A stretch of 61,607 nt of DNA from IMG/VR virus record IMGVR_UViG_3300010359_000002, positions 1-61,607 of that record, one strand, 5' to 3'. Below are positions 29,485-38,972 of the stretch, one piece after another. This DNA comes from a virus. Taxonomy: Duplodnaviria > Caudoviricetes. Positions within the stretch are counted from its first letter, which is position 1, and each line of letters begins with the position of its first letter. A program made the translations under genes and the position numbers. A model generated the notes under the pieces. The model was not told the origin of the DNA. It saw nothing but the letters and a program-made list of their open reading frames with translations, and made no database searches.

Positions 29485-30882
29485 TTGCCTCTCATCATCC
29501 GCACCACGGGTGTCGAGGACTTCCTCGACGCCGCGGGAGAGAGCCACATCAAGGCTCTGATCATGGGCGAGTCCTCGGCCGGCAAGACCAGGTCGGCCAG
29601 CTTCTGGCCCAGCCCGATCTTCGCCGACTGCGAGAACGGCCGCATGAGCCTGGCCGACCGGCGAGTCCCCTACGGCGCAATCAAATCCAGCGCCGACATG
29701 GACGCGCTGCTGCGTGAGCTGGAGGTCCACTGCGCCACCACCCCGGCCGCCCAGCGCAAGTACAAGACGCTGGTCATCGACACCCTCGACGCCTACCAGC
29801 GCATCATCGTGGCCGAGATCCTCAAGGCCGGCCGCAAGGAATCCATGAGCGGCTACCAGGACTGGGGCCAGCTCGACGCCAAGATGACCGCGCTCATCGG
29901 GCGGCTGCAGAAGCTGCCCATGAACATCATCGTGAACCTGCACCTGAAGCAGCGCCAGGACGGCGACGACGGGCCGCTCATCTACGAACCCCGCCTCCAG
30001 GGCGCCGTCCGCGACCAGATCACCGGCGAGTTCGACCTCGTCGGCCACATGGCCACCTACTGGCAGGTCGTGGAGGGAAACCGGCAGCTGCGCCGCGCCA
30101 TCAAGTGGCACCCCGACCCGCAGTTCCCCGTCCTGAAGGACCGCTCCGGCCAGCTGCCGAAGTTCACCGAGGTCAACTTCACCGAGCAGGACTACGTCGG
30201 CCTCTTCGAGTTGATGTTCGGCGAGTACCTCGACTCCCTGACCCCGGCCGAGGACATCGAGACCATCGAGATCCCCAGCGATGTCCCCGTCGAGGAGCCC
30301 CGCGCCGGCGGCCCCGTCGCCGTGGCCAAGTCCGCCAAGGTGGCCGGTCCCGACACCGTCCCGGTCCAGACCGAGGCCAAGCCCCGCAAGGCCGCCGTGC
30401 CGCCCAGCAAGCGCGCCCCGTCCCGGGCCACCCCGGCCGCCACGAAGGCCGCGGAGAAGGCCACCGAGACCCCAGAGCAGCCGGCCCAGCCCGAGCCCGC
30501 TCCCGAGCCGGCGGCAGAGGAGCCGGAAACCCCGGAGGAGCCGCCACCGGCCGAGCCCGCCCAGGCCCGGAAGCGCACCACCGCGCCGGCGGCGGAGTTC
30601 ACCGAGGCACAGGCCGTCGTCGAGCAGGAGCTGGGCGGGAAGGCCATCGCGGAGGAGACCACCACGGAAGAGGTCGAGCCCCCGGCGGACAGCGCAGAGA
30701 AGACCGGGAAGCCGCCCATTCCCTGCGGCACCGCGGCCCGCAACAACGACAGCCCCGCCGAGGGCTGCGGCAAGGACGTCAACAGCTTCGGAGCCCCCGA
30801 CATCATCAACATCGGGCTCCTCAAGACGCGCACCTATCTGTGCCCGGAGTGCTTCCAGAAATGGCGTGCGGCCAACAAGTAG
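29485..30882 (+). CDS. AAA_24 / Sak4-like ATPase with a Pro/Ala/Glu-rich linker and C-terminal Cys motif
   Basis: Walker A GESSAGKT, DCENG, VIDT, KDRSG; flanked by exonuclease and SSB. Confidence 0.75.
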   Translation: MPLIIRTTGVEDFLDAAGESHIKALIMGESSAGKTRSASFWPSPIFADCENGRMSLADRRVPYGAIKSSADMDALLRELEVHCATTPAAQRKYKTLVIDTLDAYQRIIVAEILKAGRKESMSGYQDWGQLDAKMTALIGRLQKLPMNIIVNLHLKQRQDGDDGPLIYEPRLQGAVRDQITGEFDLVGHMATYWQVVEGNRQLRRAIKWHPDPQFPVLKDRSGQLPKFTEVNFTEQDYVGLFELMFGEYLDSLTPAEDIETIEIPSDVPVEEPRAGGPVAVAKSAKVAGPDTVPVQTEAKPRKAAVPPSKRAPSRATPAATKAAEKATETPEQPAQPEPAPEPAAEEPETPEEPPPAEPAQARKRTTAPAAEFTEAQAVVEQELGGKAIAEETTTEEVEPPADSAEKTGKPPIPCGTAARNNDSPAEGCGKDVNSFGAPDIINIGLLKTRTYLCPECFQKWRAANK

Positions 30883-30931
30883 ACCGCGGCCATAAGAAGA
30901 CCGGAACCTGAAACAGAACCTGGAGCAGACA

Positions 30932-31396
30932 ATGCCGAAGAGCATCAATCGTGTCGAGTCGGAATACAGGTACCCGGACGACGAGTACTACCCCTCCGAA
31001 CTGGTGCGCGTCGAGGAAGTCGAGGTCCCCTACTTCAAGAAGGACCGCGTCACCGGCGAACGCACCACGGAGCAGGACGTCTTCCGCAAGTGGGAGTGGT
31101 ACTTCAAGGTCGTCTCCGGGCCCTTCGCCGGCGACACCCTGCGCGGCGACACCCGCGCCGAGATCACCACCCGGGAGGACTGCCAGGCCCGGATCTGGGG
31201 CGAGGCCCTGCTCGGTCGCGAGATCCAGGTCGGCGAGGAGTTCGACACCGATCAGGTGCTCGGCCTGCCCTGCCTGGTCAGCGTCCGGCACGAGAAGCCT
31301 CGGGACCGTCCCGACGGCACCAAGTTCTACGCCTGCGCCGTGGACGAGGTGATGCCCCGCACGGGCCAGCTGGCCGACGAAGAGATCCCGTTCTGA
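30932..31396 (+). CDS. Single-stranded DNA-binding protein (phage type)
   Basis: Acidic C-terminus 'DEEIPF'; position after the Sak4-like ATPase. Confidence 0.65.
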   Translation: MPKSINRVESEYRYPDDEYYPSELVRVEEVEVPYFKKDRVTGERTTEQDVFRKWEWYFKVVSGPFAGDTLRGDTRAEITTREDCQARIWGEALLGREIQVGEEFDTDQVLGLPCLVSVRHEKPRDRPDGTKFYACAVDEVMPRTGQLADEEIPF

Positions 31397-31410
31397 GAGG
31401 GGGCAAGGCG

Positions 31411-33372
31411 ATGAGCGAGATCACAGAGGGCCTCGTCGACTACCTCGGCTCCAAGGGGGTCCAGACCTGGCCGGCCGCCGGCAGCGAGGTCACCGCACAC
31501 TGCTTCTTCGACTGCACCAGCGACAAGGGCAAGGGCAAGTGCTACTTCAACACCGAGACCTGGCTGTGGGACTGCAAGCGCTGCCAGCGTCACGGCGGAC
31601 GGTTCCTACTGCTGGAGCACTTCGGCGACCGTGACGAGTTCCACGGCACCGGCAATGACCCGGCCACCAAGATGGCCGTCCTCGGCGCCTACACCGACTA
31701 CGCCGCAGACCTGCTGCGGCGCAACGACGACAAGCTGCTGTACCTGCTCGGCCGGGGACTGCACGCCGAGACCATCATGGACGCCCGGCTGGGCTACGTG
31801 CCCCGCAACTTCTCCGTCGCCGGCAGCCTCGACGGCTTCACCCGCAAGGACTTCGAGGGCGCCGGCATGCTCTACAACGGCCGCGACTTCCACGCCGGCC
31901 GGCTCACCATCCCCTACCTGCAGCGCGGCCGTGTCCTGCAGATCCGCGGCAAGGAGGTCGGCGGCCGCTACTACACCCCCGCCGGCGACCAGGTCCGCCT
32001 CTACAACGCCGACTCCCTGCGCGGCAGCGACACCGTCATCATCGCCGAAGGCGAGCTGGACACCCTGATCCTCCAGCAGACCCTGCAGCTGGCCCCGCAC
32101 AGCCCCAACGACACCGCCGCCGTCGTCGGCCTGCCTGGTGCCGGCGCCTGGCCCGGCGGCAAGGAGCACTTCGAGGACTGCTTCCGCGAGGCCCGCCGCG
32201 TCTACATCGCGCTCGACCCCGACGAGACCGGGGTCCGTGCCGCCCGGCAGCTGAAGGACACCCTGGGCTCCAAGGCCCGGATCGTCATGCTCCCCCAGGA
32301 CAACAACGTCCGCGACGACGCCGGCAACCCCGTCAAGTGCGACTGGACGGAGTACCTGCGCCAGAAGGACGACGCCCACCCCTGGGGCGGCCACTCCGCC
32401 ACCGACGTGGACGACCTGATCCACGAGGCCGAGATGAGCGGCCGGCGCATCTTCTCGATGGCCGAGGCCCACTCCAAGTGGCGCCGAGACCGCAGCGAAC
32501 GCCCCGGTCTGCAGCTGGGCTTCAAGTCCCTCGACAGCCTCATCGCGCCCGGCCTGCGCCCCGGCAACGTCCTGGTCAGCCTGGCCAAGACCGGCACCGG
32601 CAAGACGCAGTTCCTGGCCAACTGCGACTACAACATGCGGCAGCGCCGCGTCCTGCACATCACGCTGGAGAACACCGTCTCGGAGCTGTTCGAGGTGCTC
32701 TGGAGGATCTACCACTTCTGGAACCCCGCCGCGGACGACTTCCACATCGAACGCGACTTCCCCTACCTGCGCGTGGTCGACCAGAACCAGCTGTCCCCCA
32801 ACGACTTCGGGACCATCGTCGAGGAGTACATCGCCGACGTGGCGGAGCCGCCCGAACACTGCGTCATCGACTACCTCGGGTACATGGCCCGCGGCCAGCG
32901 CGGCAACAGCCAGTACGAGAAGGTCACCAACGCGATGATGGACGTCAAGGCCATCGCCAAGGCGTACGAGCTGTCCATCCACATCCCGCACCAGGTGGCC
33001 AGGACCCAGCGCGAGGGCCAGCCGTTCCAAGGCGACGAGGCCCGCGACTCTGGGGCCGTGGAGGAAACGGCCGACTTCCTGATCGGCCACTACCGGCCGC
33101 ACGAGGCACTCGACACCAGGGCGCTGGGCACCGGCTCGGTCGACTGGCGCTTCAACTCCCAGCTGATGAAGAGCCGGCGCGGGAACAAGGGCCGGATCGT
33201 CCAGCTGGCGGCCAGCCCGGCCAGCCTCGTCATCGCCGACCAGCTGGACCACGTCGCCCTGCAGCGCATCCAGCAGGAGGTCGAGTCCTACAACCGCGGC
33301 ATGTCGTACGAGGACATCGCGGCCGGCTCCCGCCGGGCCGCCTGGAGCACCCGGCAGCTGGTGACGACATGA
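31411..33372 (+). CDS. DNA primase/helicase (Zn finger-TOPRIM-DnaB)
   Basis: C..DC...CKRC; EGELD and DPD TOPRIM motifs; AKTGTGKT, VIDYL and RDSGAVEETAD DnaB-type motifs. Confidence 0.9.
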   Translation: MSEITEGLVDYLGSKGVQTWPAAGSEVTAHCFFDCTSDKGKGKCYFNTETWLWDCKRCQRHGGRFLLLEHFGDRDEFHGTGNDPATKMAVLGAYTDYAADLLRRNDDKLLYLLGRGLHAETIMDARLGYVPRNFSVAGSLDGFTRKDFEGAGMLYNGRDFHAGRLTIPYLQRGRVLQIRGKEVGGRYYTPAGDQVRLYNADSLRGSDTVIIAEGELDTLILQQTLQLAPHSPNDTAAVVGLPGAGAWPGGKEHFEDCFREARRVYIALDPDETGVRAARQLKDTLGSKARIVMLPQDNNVRDDAGNPVKCDWTEYLRQKDDAHPWGGHSATDVDDLIHEAEMSGRRIFSMAEAHSKWRRDRSERPGLQLGFKSLDSLIAPGLRPGNVLVSLAKTGTGKTQFLANCDYNMRQRRVLHITLENTVSELFEVLWRIYHFWNPAADDFHIERDFPYLRVVDQNQLSPNDFGTIVEEYIADVAEPPEHCVIDYLGYMARGQRGNSQYEKVTNAMMDVKAIAKAYELSIHIPHQVARTQREGQPFQGDEARDSGAVEETADFLIGHYRPHEALDTRALGTGSVDWRFNSQLMKSRRGNKGRIVQLAASPASLVIADQLDHVALQRIQQEVESYNRGMSYEDIAAGSRRAAWSTRQLVTT

Positions 33373-33620
33373 GCGAGAACGAGAACCAGGACGCCGCCCA
33401 GACGCCGCGCCCGGATCCGATCAAGCGGCCGCTGTGCCACTCGATCATCACCGTGGACGGCCGGATGCTGCACGTCCTGGAGGCCAACATCCCCGGCACC
33501 GTGGTCCTGGTCGCCGATCCGGAGGGCCCGATCCACCTCGACGCCGTGGGCCTGGGCTACCTGCAGCTGGCGGCCCTCCGGGTCATGAACGACGACCAGC
33601 GAGTGACGGTGACCACATGA
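33369..33620 (+). CDS. Hypothetical protein
   Basis: ATGA coupling (MSENENQ...). Confidence 0.6.
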   Translation: MSENENQDAAQTPRPDPIKRPLCHSIITVDGRMLHVLEANIPGTVVLVADPEGPIHLDAVGLGYLQLAALRVMNDDQRVTVTT

Positions 33621-33811
33621 TCAGGACCTACTGCGACGGCTGCGGGATCGAGTTCGAGCCGCGCTTCACCTACCCGTCGACCAGGCTCCGCATCAAGATC
33701 GACGAGATGGCCCCCGGCCAGGGCCAGACCACCGTGCACTCCTGCCGCAACAACGTGTGCATCCAGGAGGCCGTCCGCAAGGGCATGGCCGCGATTCCGG
33801 AGCGTCGCTGA
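33617..33811 (+). CDS. Small Zn-finger protein
   Basis: MIRTYCDGCG...C...C; coupled overlaps. Confidence 0.6.
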   Translation: MIRTYCDGCGIEFEPRFTYPSTRLRIKIDEMAPGQGQTTVHSCRNNVCIQEAVRKGMAAIPERR

Positions 33812-34167
33812 TGAACCGCGGCGGCATTCGCTCGGCAACCCCCCAGTGCAGCGTGTTCGGCTGCAAGGCGGCGCCCCGAGCCGACCACGAACTGTGCGAC
33901 GGGCACCAGGAGACCTCTGACATCGCACACCGCAACGCGATGCTGCGGGACATGCTCGGCCGGGCGGAGCTGCACGCCTGCGCGGTCTGTCGGTGCATGG
34001 CCAAGGACTGGTTCTTCGACCAGCGCCGCGCCACCGACGGCAGCTTCAGCGTGGACCCGCAGGACTTCCTGCCGGTGTGCCGCAACTGCCGGCGGCTGAT
34101 GGAGAACCTGCGCCGCATGGCCCCGGAGTCGCAGCGACGGCTGCTGCAGTTCGCGGGGAAGCCATGA
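33811..34167 (+). CDS. Cys-rich, degenerate HNH-like protein
   Basis: C...GC...LC..H, CAVC and VCRNC motifs. Confidence 0.5.
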   Translation: MNRGGIRSATPQCSVFGCKAAPRADHELCDGHQETSDIAHRNAMLRDMLGRAELHACAVCRCMAKDWFFDQRRATDGSFSVDPQDFLPVCRNCRRLMENLRRMAPESQRRLLQFAGKP

Positions 34168-34358
34168 GCGACATCCACTTCGTGGAGACCCTCGTCGTCA
34201 AGCCCGGCGACCGGGTGCTCCTGCGGGTCGACCCGGCCGACGTCCCCCAGGAGCTGGCCAACCAGCTGGGGCAGCGGCTGCGGGAGCACTACCCGGACGT
34301 CGAGTTCACGGTGCTCGCCGTGCCCGGCCAGCTGGCGGTGATCCCCAGTGAGGACTGA
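34164..34358 (+). CDS. Hypothetical protein
   Basis: ATG 34164, coupled (MSDIHFVE...). Confidence 0.55.
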   Translation: MSDIHFVETLVVKPGDRVLLRVDPADVPQELANQLGQRLREHYPDVEFTVLAVPGQLAVIPSED

Positions 34359-34554
34359 GTACCGCGGCGACCTGTGGACCTGCGACGGCTGCGGCAGGCA
34401 GACCATCGCCTCCGACAGCGAATCGCCCACCGGCTACACCGGCGCCACCAGTGACGGCTACGGCCACGTCTGGGAGTGGTACGCCTGCCGCAAGAACTGC
34501 GTCAGCCGGGCCATCTGGATGGCCGGCGACCGGCAGCCGCAGGGGGGCGACTGA
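34348..34554 (+). CDS. Small Zn-finger protein
   Basis: CDGCG...C...C, same pattern as 33617..33811. Confidence 0.55.
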   Translation: MRTEYRGDLWTCDGCGRQTIASDSESPTGYTGATSDGYGHVWEWYACRKNCVSRAIWMAGDRQPQGGD

Positions 34555-35000
34555 TGCCCGTCCGTCAGCTGCCTCCGCACTGCCCGAACACCGACGGCAA
34601 GCTGTGGGACGCCCTGCACGAGCTGTTCGGCATTGGGACCTTCGACGAGTTCGGCGAGAAGCCGTGGTGGAAGTTCCGCCAGCAGGAGACGGCCAAGGTC
34701 AAGGCCAGCCGCATCAGGAACGACAAGAGCCTGCCGGACCTGTACGTGGCCGCCCTGTACTGCCGGGCCCACAACATCGACGTCCGAGCCGTCACCTTCC
34801 TGATGCGCCACGTCAAGAGCGCGTGGACCTGGTGGACGGACACCGGGGAGCGCACCCGCACCGGCAGCCTGACCGAGCGCTACGCCGAGGCGATTCGCCA
34901 GGAGATGTCGAACACCGACGACACCTGGCTGAACCGGCTTCTTAGGGCTGCACCGTCAGCCCGGGAAGAGGTGTATCAGCAATGGACCGAACGCAGCTAG
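34554..35000 (+). CDS. Hypothetical protein
   Basis: ATG 34554 (TGATG coupling). Confidence 0.6.
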   Translation: MPVRQLPPHCPNTDGKLWDALHELFGIGTFDEFGEKPWWKFRQQETAKVKASRIRNDKSLPDLYVAALYCRAHNIDVRAVTFLMRHVKSAWTWWTDTGERTRTGSLTERYAEAIRQEMSNTDDTWLNRLLRAAPSAREEVYQQWTERS

Positions 35001-35158
35001 ACCGCACCCAACTCAAGGGCCGCAATTGCTTGCTCTGCCGGCACCTGATGGAAGGCGACGACCAGCTCTTCTGTCCCATCTTCAACGAGCGAATCCTCTT
35101 CCCTTCCGTTGCGGCCGCAGATTGCCCCAGGTTCGAGCCTGAAGAGGAGAACCCATGA
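34982..35158 (+). CDS. Small Cys-rich protein (58 aa; not in the ORF track)
   Basis: MDRTQLDRTQLKGRNCLLCRH...FCP...DCPRFEPEEENP*; stop overlaps the next ATG. Confidence 0.55.
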   Translation: MDRTQLDRTQLKGRNCLLCRHLMEGDDQLFCPIFNERILFPSVAAADCPRFEPEEENP

Positions 35159-35577
35159 ACCCCATCAAGGCCACACTGGGAATCACGACCGCCGTCGTGG
35201 TCCTGCTCGCCGTGTTCATCGGCGGCGCCTTCGGCATCTACGCCGTCTCCAAGGCGGCCGGCCGGTACCAGAAGCGGGCCGACGCCCAGAACAACGTCCA
35301 GGTCTCCACCATCGAGATCCAGAACCAGGCCCAGCGGGTCCAGATCGCCCAGCAACAGGCCGCGATCCGCAAGCAGAACGCCATCGGGATCCGCGAGGCC
35401 CAGGACGAGATCGCCAGAACCCTCACCCCGCTCTACGTGCAGTTCGAGATGACCGAGGCGCTCAAGGAGATCGCCGCGTCCGGCCGCAACAACACAACCG
35501 TGTTCATCCCCTCCGGGCCCGGCGGCATTCCGCTGGTGCAGGGCGCCGGGGCATCGGTCGGCGGCCTGGTGAAGTAG
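35155..35577 (+). CDS. Membrane protein with an SPFH/Band7-like coiled-coil tail
   Basis: N-terminal TM; 'IA..LTP.Y.Q...E.L...T.FIP' pattern. Confidence 0.55.
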   Translation: MNPIKATLGITTAVVVLLAVFIGGAFGIYAVSKAAGRYQKRADAQNNVQVSTIEIQNQAQRVQIAQQQAAIRKQNAIGIREAQDEIARTLTPLYVQFEMTEALKEIAASGRNNTTVFIPSGPGGIPLVQGAGASVGGLVK

Positions 35578-35579
35578 CG

Positions 35580-35954
35580 ATGCCGCCGTCGGTCCGGCGC
35601 AAGGCCGGGATGACGGTCAAGCAACACGCACCGGTGGTGAGACAACTACGCCGGTTCCAGATCGAGGGCTACCACTGCCACCGGTGCGTGTTGTGCGGCC
35701 TGCGCTACAGCGACTGGTGCTCGGACCCGTGGATGAACGCGCGTTGCCGGGACTGCGCCGGCCAGCTCTACGGCCGCTCGATCGTCGACCACAACGCCGA
35801 CCCGCAGACCTGCTGCCGCACCAACGAGTGCAAGCCCTGCACCACCCAGCAGCGCCAGGTGTACCGCCTTGCCGGCGAGACCAACTGGTGGATCTGCCCG
35901 GTGTGCTGCCGAACGCATCCGTACCAACCTTCGTCAAGCCACAAGGAGCCGTGA
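35580..35954 (+). CDS. Cys-rich hypothetical protein
   Basis: More than ten Cys in ~124 aa. Confidence 0.55.
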   Translation: MPPSVRRKAGMTVKQHAPVVRQLRRFQIEGYHCHRCVLCGLRYSDWCSDPWMNARCRDCAGQLYGRSIVDHNADPQTCCRTNECKPCTTQQRQVYRLAGETNWWICPVCCRTHPYQPSSSHKEP

Positions 35955-36262
35955 TGAGCGCCCAGCCGGCCGAGATCAGCGAGCCGACCCCTGCCATTCC
36001 CCAGTTCGAGGGCATGCCGGTGAGCAGGGCGGAGGTGAAGATCTCAGGGCTGCCCACGCTCACCACGGAGATGCCCGTCTTCTCCGTGGACGACCGCGTC
36101 AGGCTCGTCGTGGAGACCAAGTGCATCGGGGTCCGGCACGTCGTCGACCCCAAGACCGGCGACGTGGTCCGCCAGCAGATCCTCACCGTCACCGACGCCG
36201 AGACCTGCCCGTGGGAAGTCGACAACCCCCACGACGACGGCGTCATCAGGGCCCGCGGGTGA
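35954..36262 (+). CDS. Hypothetical protein
   Basis: RBS AAGGAG; MSAQPAEIS... Confidence 0.6.
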   Translation: MSAQPAEISEPTPAIPQFEGMPVSRAEVKISGLPTLTTEMPVFSVDDRVRLVVETKCIGVRHVVDPKTGDVVRQQILTVTDAETCPWEVDNPHDDGVIRARG

Positions 36263-36618
36263 GCGCCACGCCCGCTCAGCGGGTTGAGCGGGAGGACCGG
36301 GCGGCGCTCTTCAGGGAGAGACTGCAGGATCCCGGCCCGATCCCCTACGGCGGCTCCATCCAGCCCTTCCCGGACCCCCAGCGGGTCCCCAGCCTGCCGC
36401 GCAGCATCTGCGTCGAGGCCGGCCGGCACAGCCTCACCGTGGGCGAGCTGCGCCAGCTGCTCCAGCAGCTGCCCGACGAGGTGGAGATCCGGGCCGACTC
36501 CCTACCGGTCAAGGTGGCCGCGCACTACGGCCGCCTGCTGCTGCTGGACACCTGCACCGGTCTGCCGGCGGAGTGCACCGGCTGCGGGCAGCACGGCTGC
36601 GACGGCCGCTGCCAGTGA
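36259..36618 (+). CDS. Hypothetical protein with a C-terminal Cys cluster
   Basis: GTGA coupling; 'LTVGEL...L..LP' motif. Confidence 0.5.
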   Translation: MSATPAQRVEREDRAALFRERLQDPGPIPYGGSIQPFPDPQRVPSLPRSICVEAGRHSLTVGELRQLLQQLPDEVEIRADSLPVKVAAHYGRLLLLDTCTGLPAECTGCGQHGCDGRCQ

Positions 36619-36881
36619 TCCACGTCCATCAAGTCACCTGGGGGCCGGAGGCGGTGACGATCGCGTACTCCGAGGACGGCGCGATCCACGACGTCTCCGG
36701 CCTCCCCGTGGTGATGACCCACCAGCTGGTGCTGCCGGCCACCGAGGAGAACTACGAGGGCTCCGAGCTGTACGAGGCCGCTCAGGACTTCGTCCGGGAT
36801 TGCCTGACCGCTTACGGCCGGGCCCCGGAATGGAAGGACCCCGAGCCGGAACCGGAAGACGACGACGATGACCAAGGATGA
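36615..36881 (+). CDS. Hypothetical acidic protein
   Basis: GTGA coupling. Confidence 0.5.
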   Translation: MIHVHQVTWGPEAVTIAYSEDGAIHDVSGLPVVMTHQLVLPATEENYEGSELYEAAQDFVRDCLTAYGRAPEWKDPEPEPEDDDDDQG

Positions 36882-37080
36882 AGCCCGTGCCTACATCTGC
36901 AACGTCGTTGAGCCAGCGCTTGTTGCTCGCGGTGTGAGTATGCAGATTACCGACCCCGATCAGCTTGCCCTATGCCACGCCATGCTTGACCGGACGCGGT
37001 TCAAGAATGACGCGAGCCGGGTTGAAGCGCGGCCCCGACTGCAGCGGAAGAATGGTGCAGTCGACCAGGACGCGGGTTAG
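36868..37080 (+). CDS. Possible small protein overlapping the integrase 3' end
   Basis: 70-aa ORF with a ~110-bp convergent overlap. Confidence 0.3.
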   Translation: MTKDEARAYICNVVEPALVARGVSMQITDPDQLALCHAMLDRTRFKNDASRVEARPRLQRKNGAVDQDAG

Positions 37081-38523
37081 GATCTTCCGCTGATTCAGAA
37101 CTAGCCCGTCCCACCAATCACTCAGGTTGGTCCAGTCGTCATCACCGGGGACCGGTACTGCAAGGCGTGAAGTGATCCGCCGGATGACGGCTCGTTGATG
37201 ATCGATTGCCAGGACGATCGGCTCACGGGCAGCCTCCCAATCATCGGCATCCAGCGTCCCGGCCGCGAACCGCTGCGCGAGATCGGTCTTCCGTGCCTTG
37301 AGCTTCTCGATCTCCTCCGTCGCCGCGTTCAGCTCGGTGTGCGACTCGGTACTCAGCTCATTGAGTGACGTGACTAGGCTCGGCGTCACCTCGAATCGGC
37401 GAAGGATGAACGCCTTCACCATCTCGTCCACCGGCTCCACCATGATGTTGAGCTTCCCGCAGTGACCTCGCGCCTTAGAGTCCACGTCGCTGTCGCAGTA
37501 GTAGTTGAAGCGTTCGACACGCTGACCGCCGCGGGTCACCTGGATGCGCTTCCCTTCCAGCGGATGGTCGCAGCGGCCGCATAGTGCTTCGCCGCTCATC
37601 AGGTACTGCCGCCGGGGACCGCGCGGCCCGAGCTTCTTGCGCAACGTCTGGAGACGTTCCCAGGTTGCCATGTCGAGGACCGGCTCCCACTGCGCGTCAC
37701 GTACCGCCCTGGTGACTTCGCCGGTCTCCTCGTCCTCCAGTTCGTACTCCCGCTTTCCGGCCGCTCGCAGGCTCGTCAACATCGTGATGAGGGTAGTGAC
37801 AGAGACGGGCTTGCCTGTGGTCCCGGCGATGCCACGGTCGTTCCAGTCGGTGATGACGTCGGTCCACTCCCATCCCTCCCAGGCGATGCGACGTGCAGCC
37901 TCACGCATATGCTCGATCTCGTCCGGCACATGGTCGATGCCGACATGACCGACGTTCAGATACTTGCCGTCCTCATCCTTGACGGCGCCGGCGAATCCGA
38001 ACGCACGCGGGCCACCACCGTTGGCCTTCCCTGCCTTGGCCAACGCGCGTCGGTGTCCTCGCGCCCTAGCCCGCATGGCGTTGATTTCCATCTCGGCGAA
38101 GATGACGAGCAGGCGCATAAATACGCGGCCGAGTTCATCCTCAGAGCTGATGACGCTGGGGTCGATTGAGACGATGATGCCGCCGGTGTTCTCCATGATT
38201 CGATAGCAGCGCTCGAACTCATAGGTGAGGCGTACTAGCCGGTCGAGACGCCAAACAACGACGCCACCCCACGTTCCGGCCTCGACGTCGGCGAGCATCT
38301 CCTCGTACTGGTCGCGTCGCACATTCTTGTCGGCAGCGGTGATGTCCCGGTCCTGGTACCACCGACCCACGGTCCGCCCGGCATACGCGGCCCAGCGCTC
38401 GATGGCCTCCTTCTGGACTTCGTAGCCGATCTTGCGGCCCTCACGGTCCTCGGTGAGGCGGAGGTAGCCGGCCAGCGGCTTCTTGCATGCGGGGACGTCC
38501 TGGGAGAAGGGCTTCGTGCTCAC
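36970..38523 (-). CDS. int: Large serine recombinase (integrase)
   Basis: YLRLT (Thr in place of the usual catalytic Ser), D...TA, VWRLDRLVR, recombinase domain, C..C...YYC..C Zn ribbon, coiled coil. Start is GTG 38523 or 38544. Confidence 0.85.
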   Translation of the reverse strand: MSTKPFSQDVPACKKPLAGYLRLTEDREGRKIGYEVQKEAIERWAAYAGRTVGRWYQDRDITAADKNVRRDQYEEMLADVEAGTWGGVVVWRLDRLVRLTYEFERCYRIMENTGGIIVSIDPSVISSEDELGRVFMRLLVIFAEMEINAMRARARGHRRALAKAGKANGGGPRAFGFAGAVKDEDGKYLNVGHVGIDHVPDEIEHMREAARRIAWEGWEWTDVITDWNDRGIAGTTGKPVSVTTLITMLTSLRAAGKREYELEDEETGEVTRAVRDAQWEPVLDMATWERLQTLRKKLGPRGPRRQYLMSGEALCGRCDHPLEGKRIQVTRGGQRVERFNYYCDSDVDSKARGHCGKLNIMVEPVDEMVKAFILRRFEVTPSLVTSLNELSTESHTELNAATEEIEKLKARKTDLAQRFAAGTLDADDWEAAREPIVLAIDHQRAVIRRITSRLAVPVPGDDDWTNLSDWWDGLVLNQRKILTRVLVDCTILPLQSGPRFNPARVILEPRPVKHGVA

Positions 38524-38691
38524 GGGCCCGAAGCTAGCACGCACCTGAGTCCAATGTCGGCTGCACGACTGAAGAGATAATGCCGCTCTACGCTGGGTGA
38601 CGGGCAAGTCGCTGACCTGCGACGATGCCCGATCATGACACGCCGAGAGCCTTGACGTGCCAACGCCGCACTCATCAAGCAAGGTTCGGTC

Positions 38692-38886
38692 ATGAGCGAT
38701 GGACAGATCGTGACCGTGGATGGTCGGTACGGCTTCCGCTGGACCGGCCGGGAGCCGTTGGCCGTCGGGGATCGCGTGGTCCTGCCCGCCAACCGTTGGA
38801 CCGCCTCGACGTGGATCGGCACTGTGACGGCCCTGGGGGCCGAATGGACGGGCCCGATGAAGGTAATTGTCGGCCGGGCGCCGTAG
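38692..38886 (+). CDS. Small beta-barrel-like hypothetical protein
   Basis: 'L.VGDRVVLP....GTV' SH3/KOW-like pattern. Confidence 0.55.
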   Translation: MSDGQIVTVDGRYGFRWTGREPLAVGDRVVLPANRWTASTWIGTVTALGAEWTGPMKVIVGRAP

Positions 38887-38897
38887 CATGGGTCATC

Positions 38898-38972
38898 GCG
38901 CCCGTAGCTCAGCCTGGAGAGAGCGTCGGACTACGGATCCGAGGGTCGGGGGTTCAACTCCCCCCGGGCGTG
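38898..38972 (+). tRNA. tRNA-Arg(ACG)
   Basis: Acceptor GCGCCCG/CGGGCGT; D arm GCTC/GAGC; anticodon arm TCGGA-CTACGGA-TCCGA; T arm GGGGG-TTCAACT-CCCCC; no encoded CCA. Confidence 0.9.

Noticed and set aside
38898-38972. tRNA as an att site or prophage boundary
   Set aside because: No duplicate tRNA fragment is visible, phage genes lie on both sides, and the integrase is serine-type.
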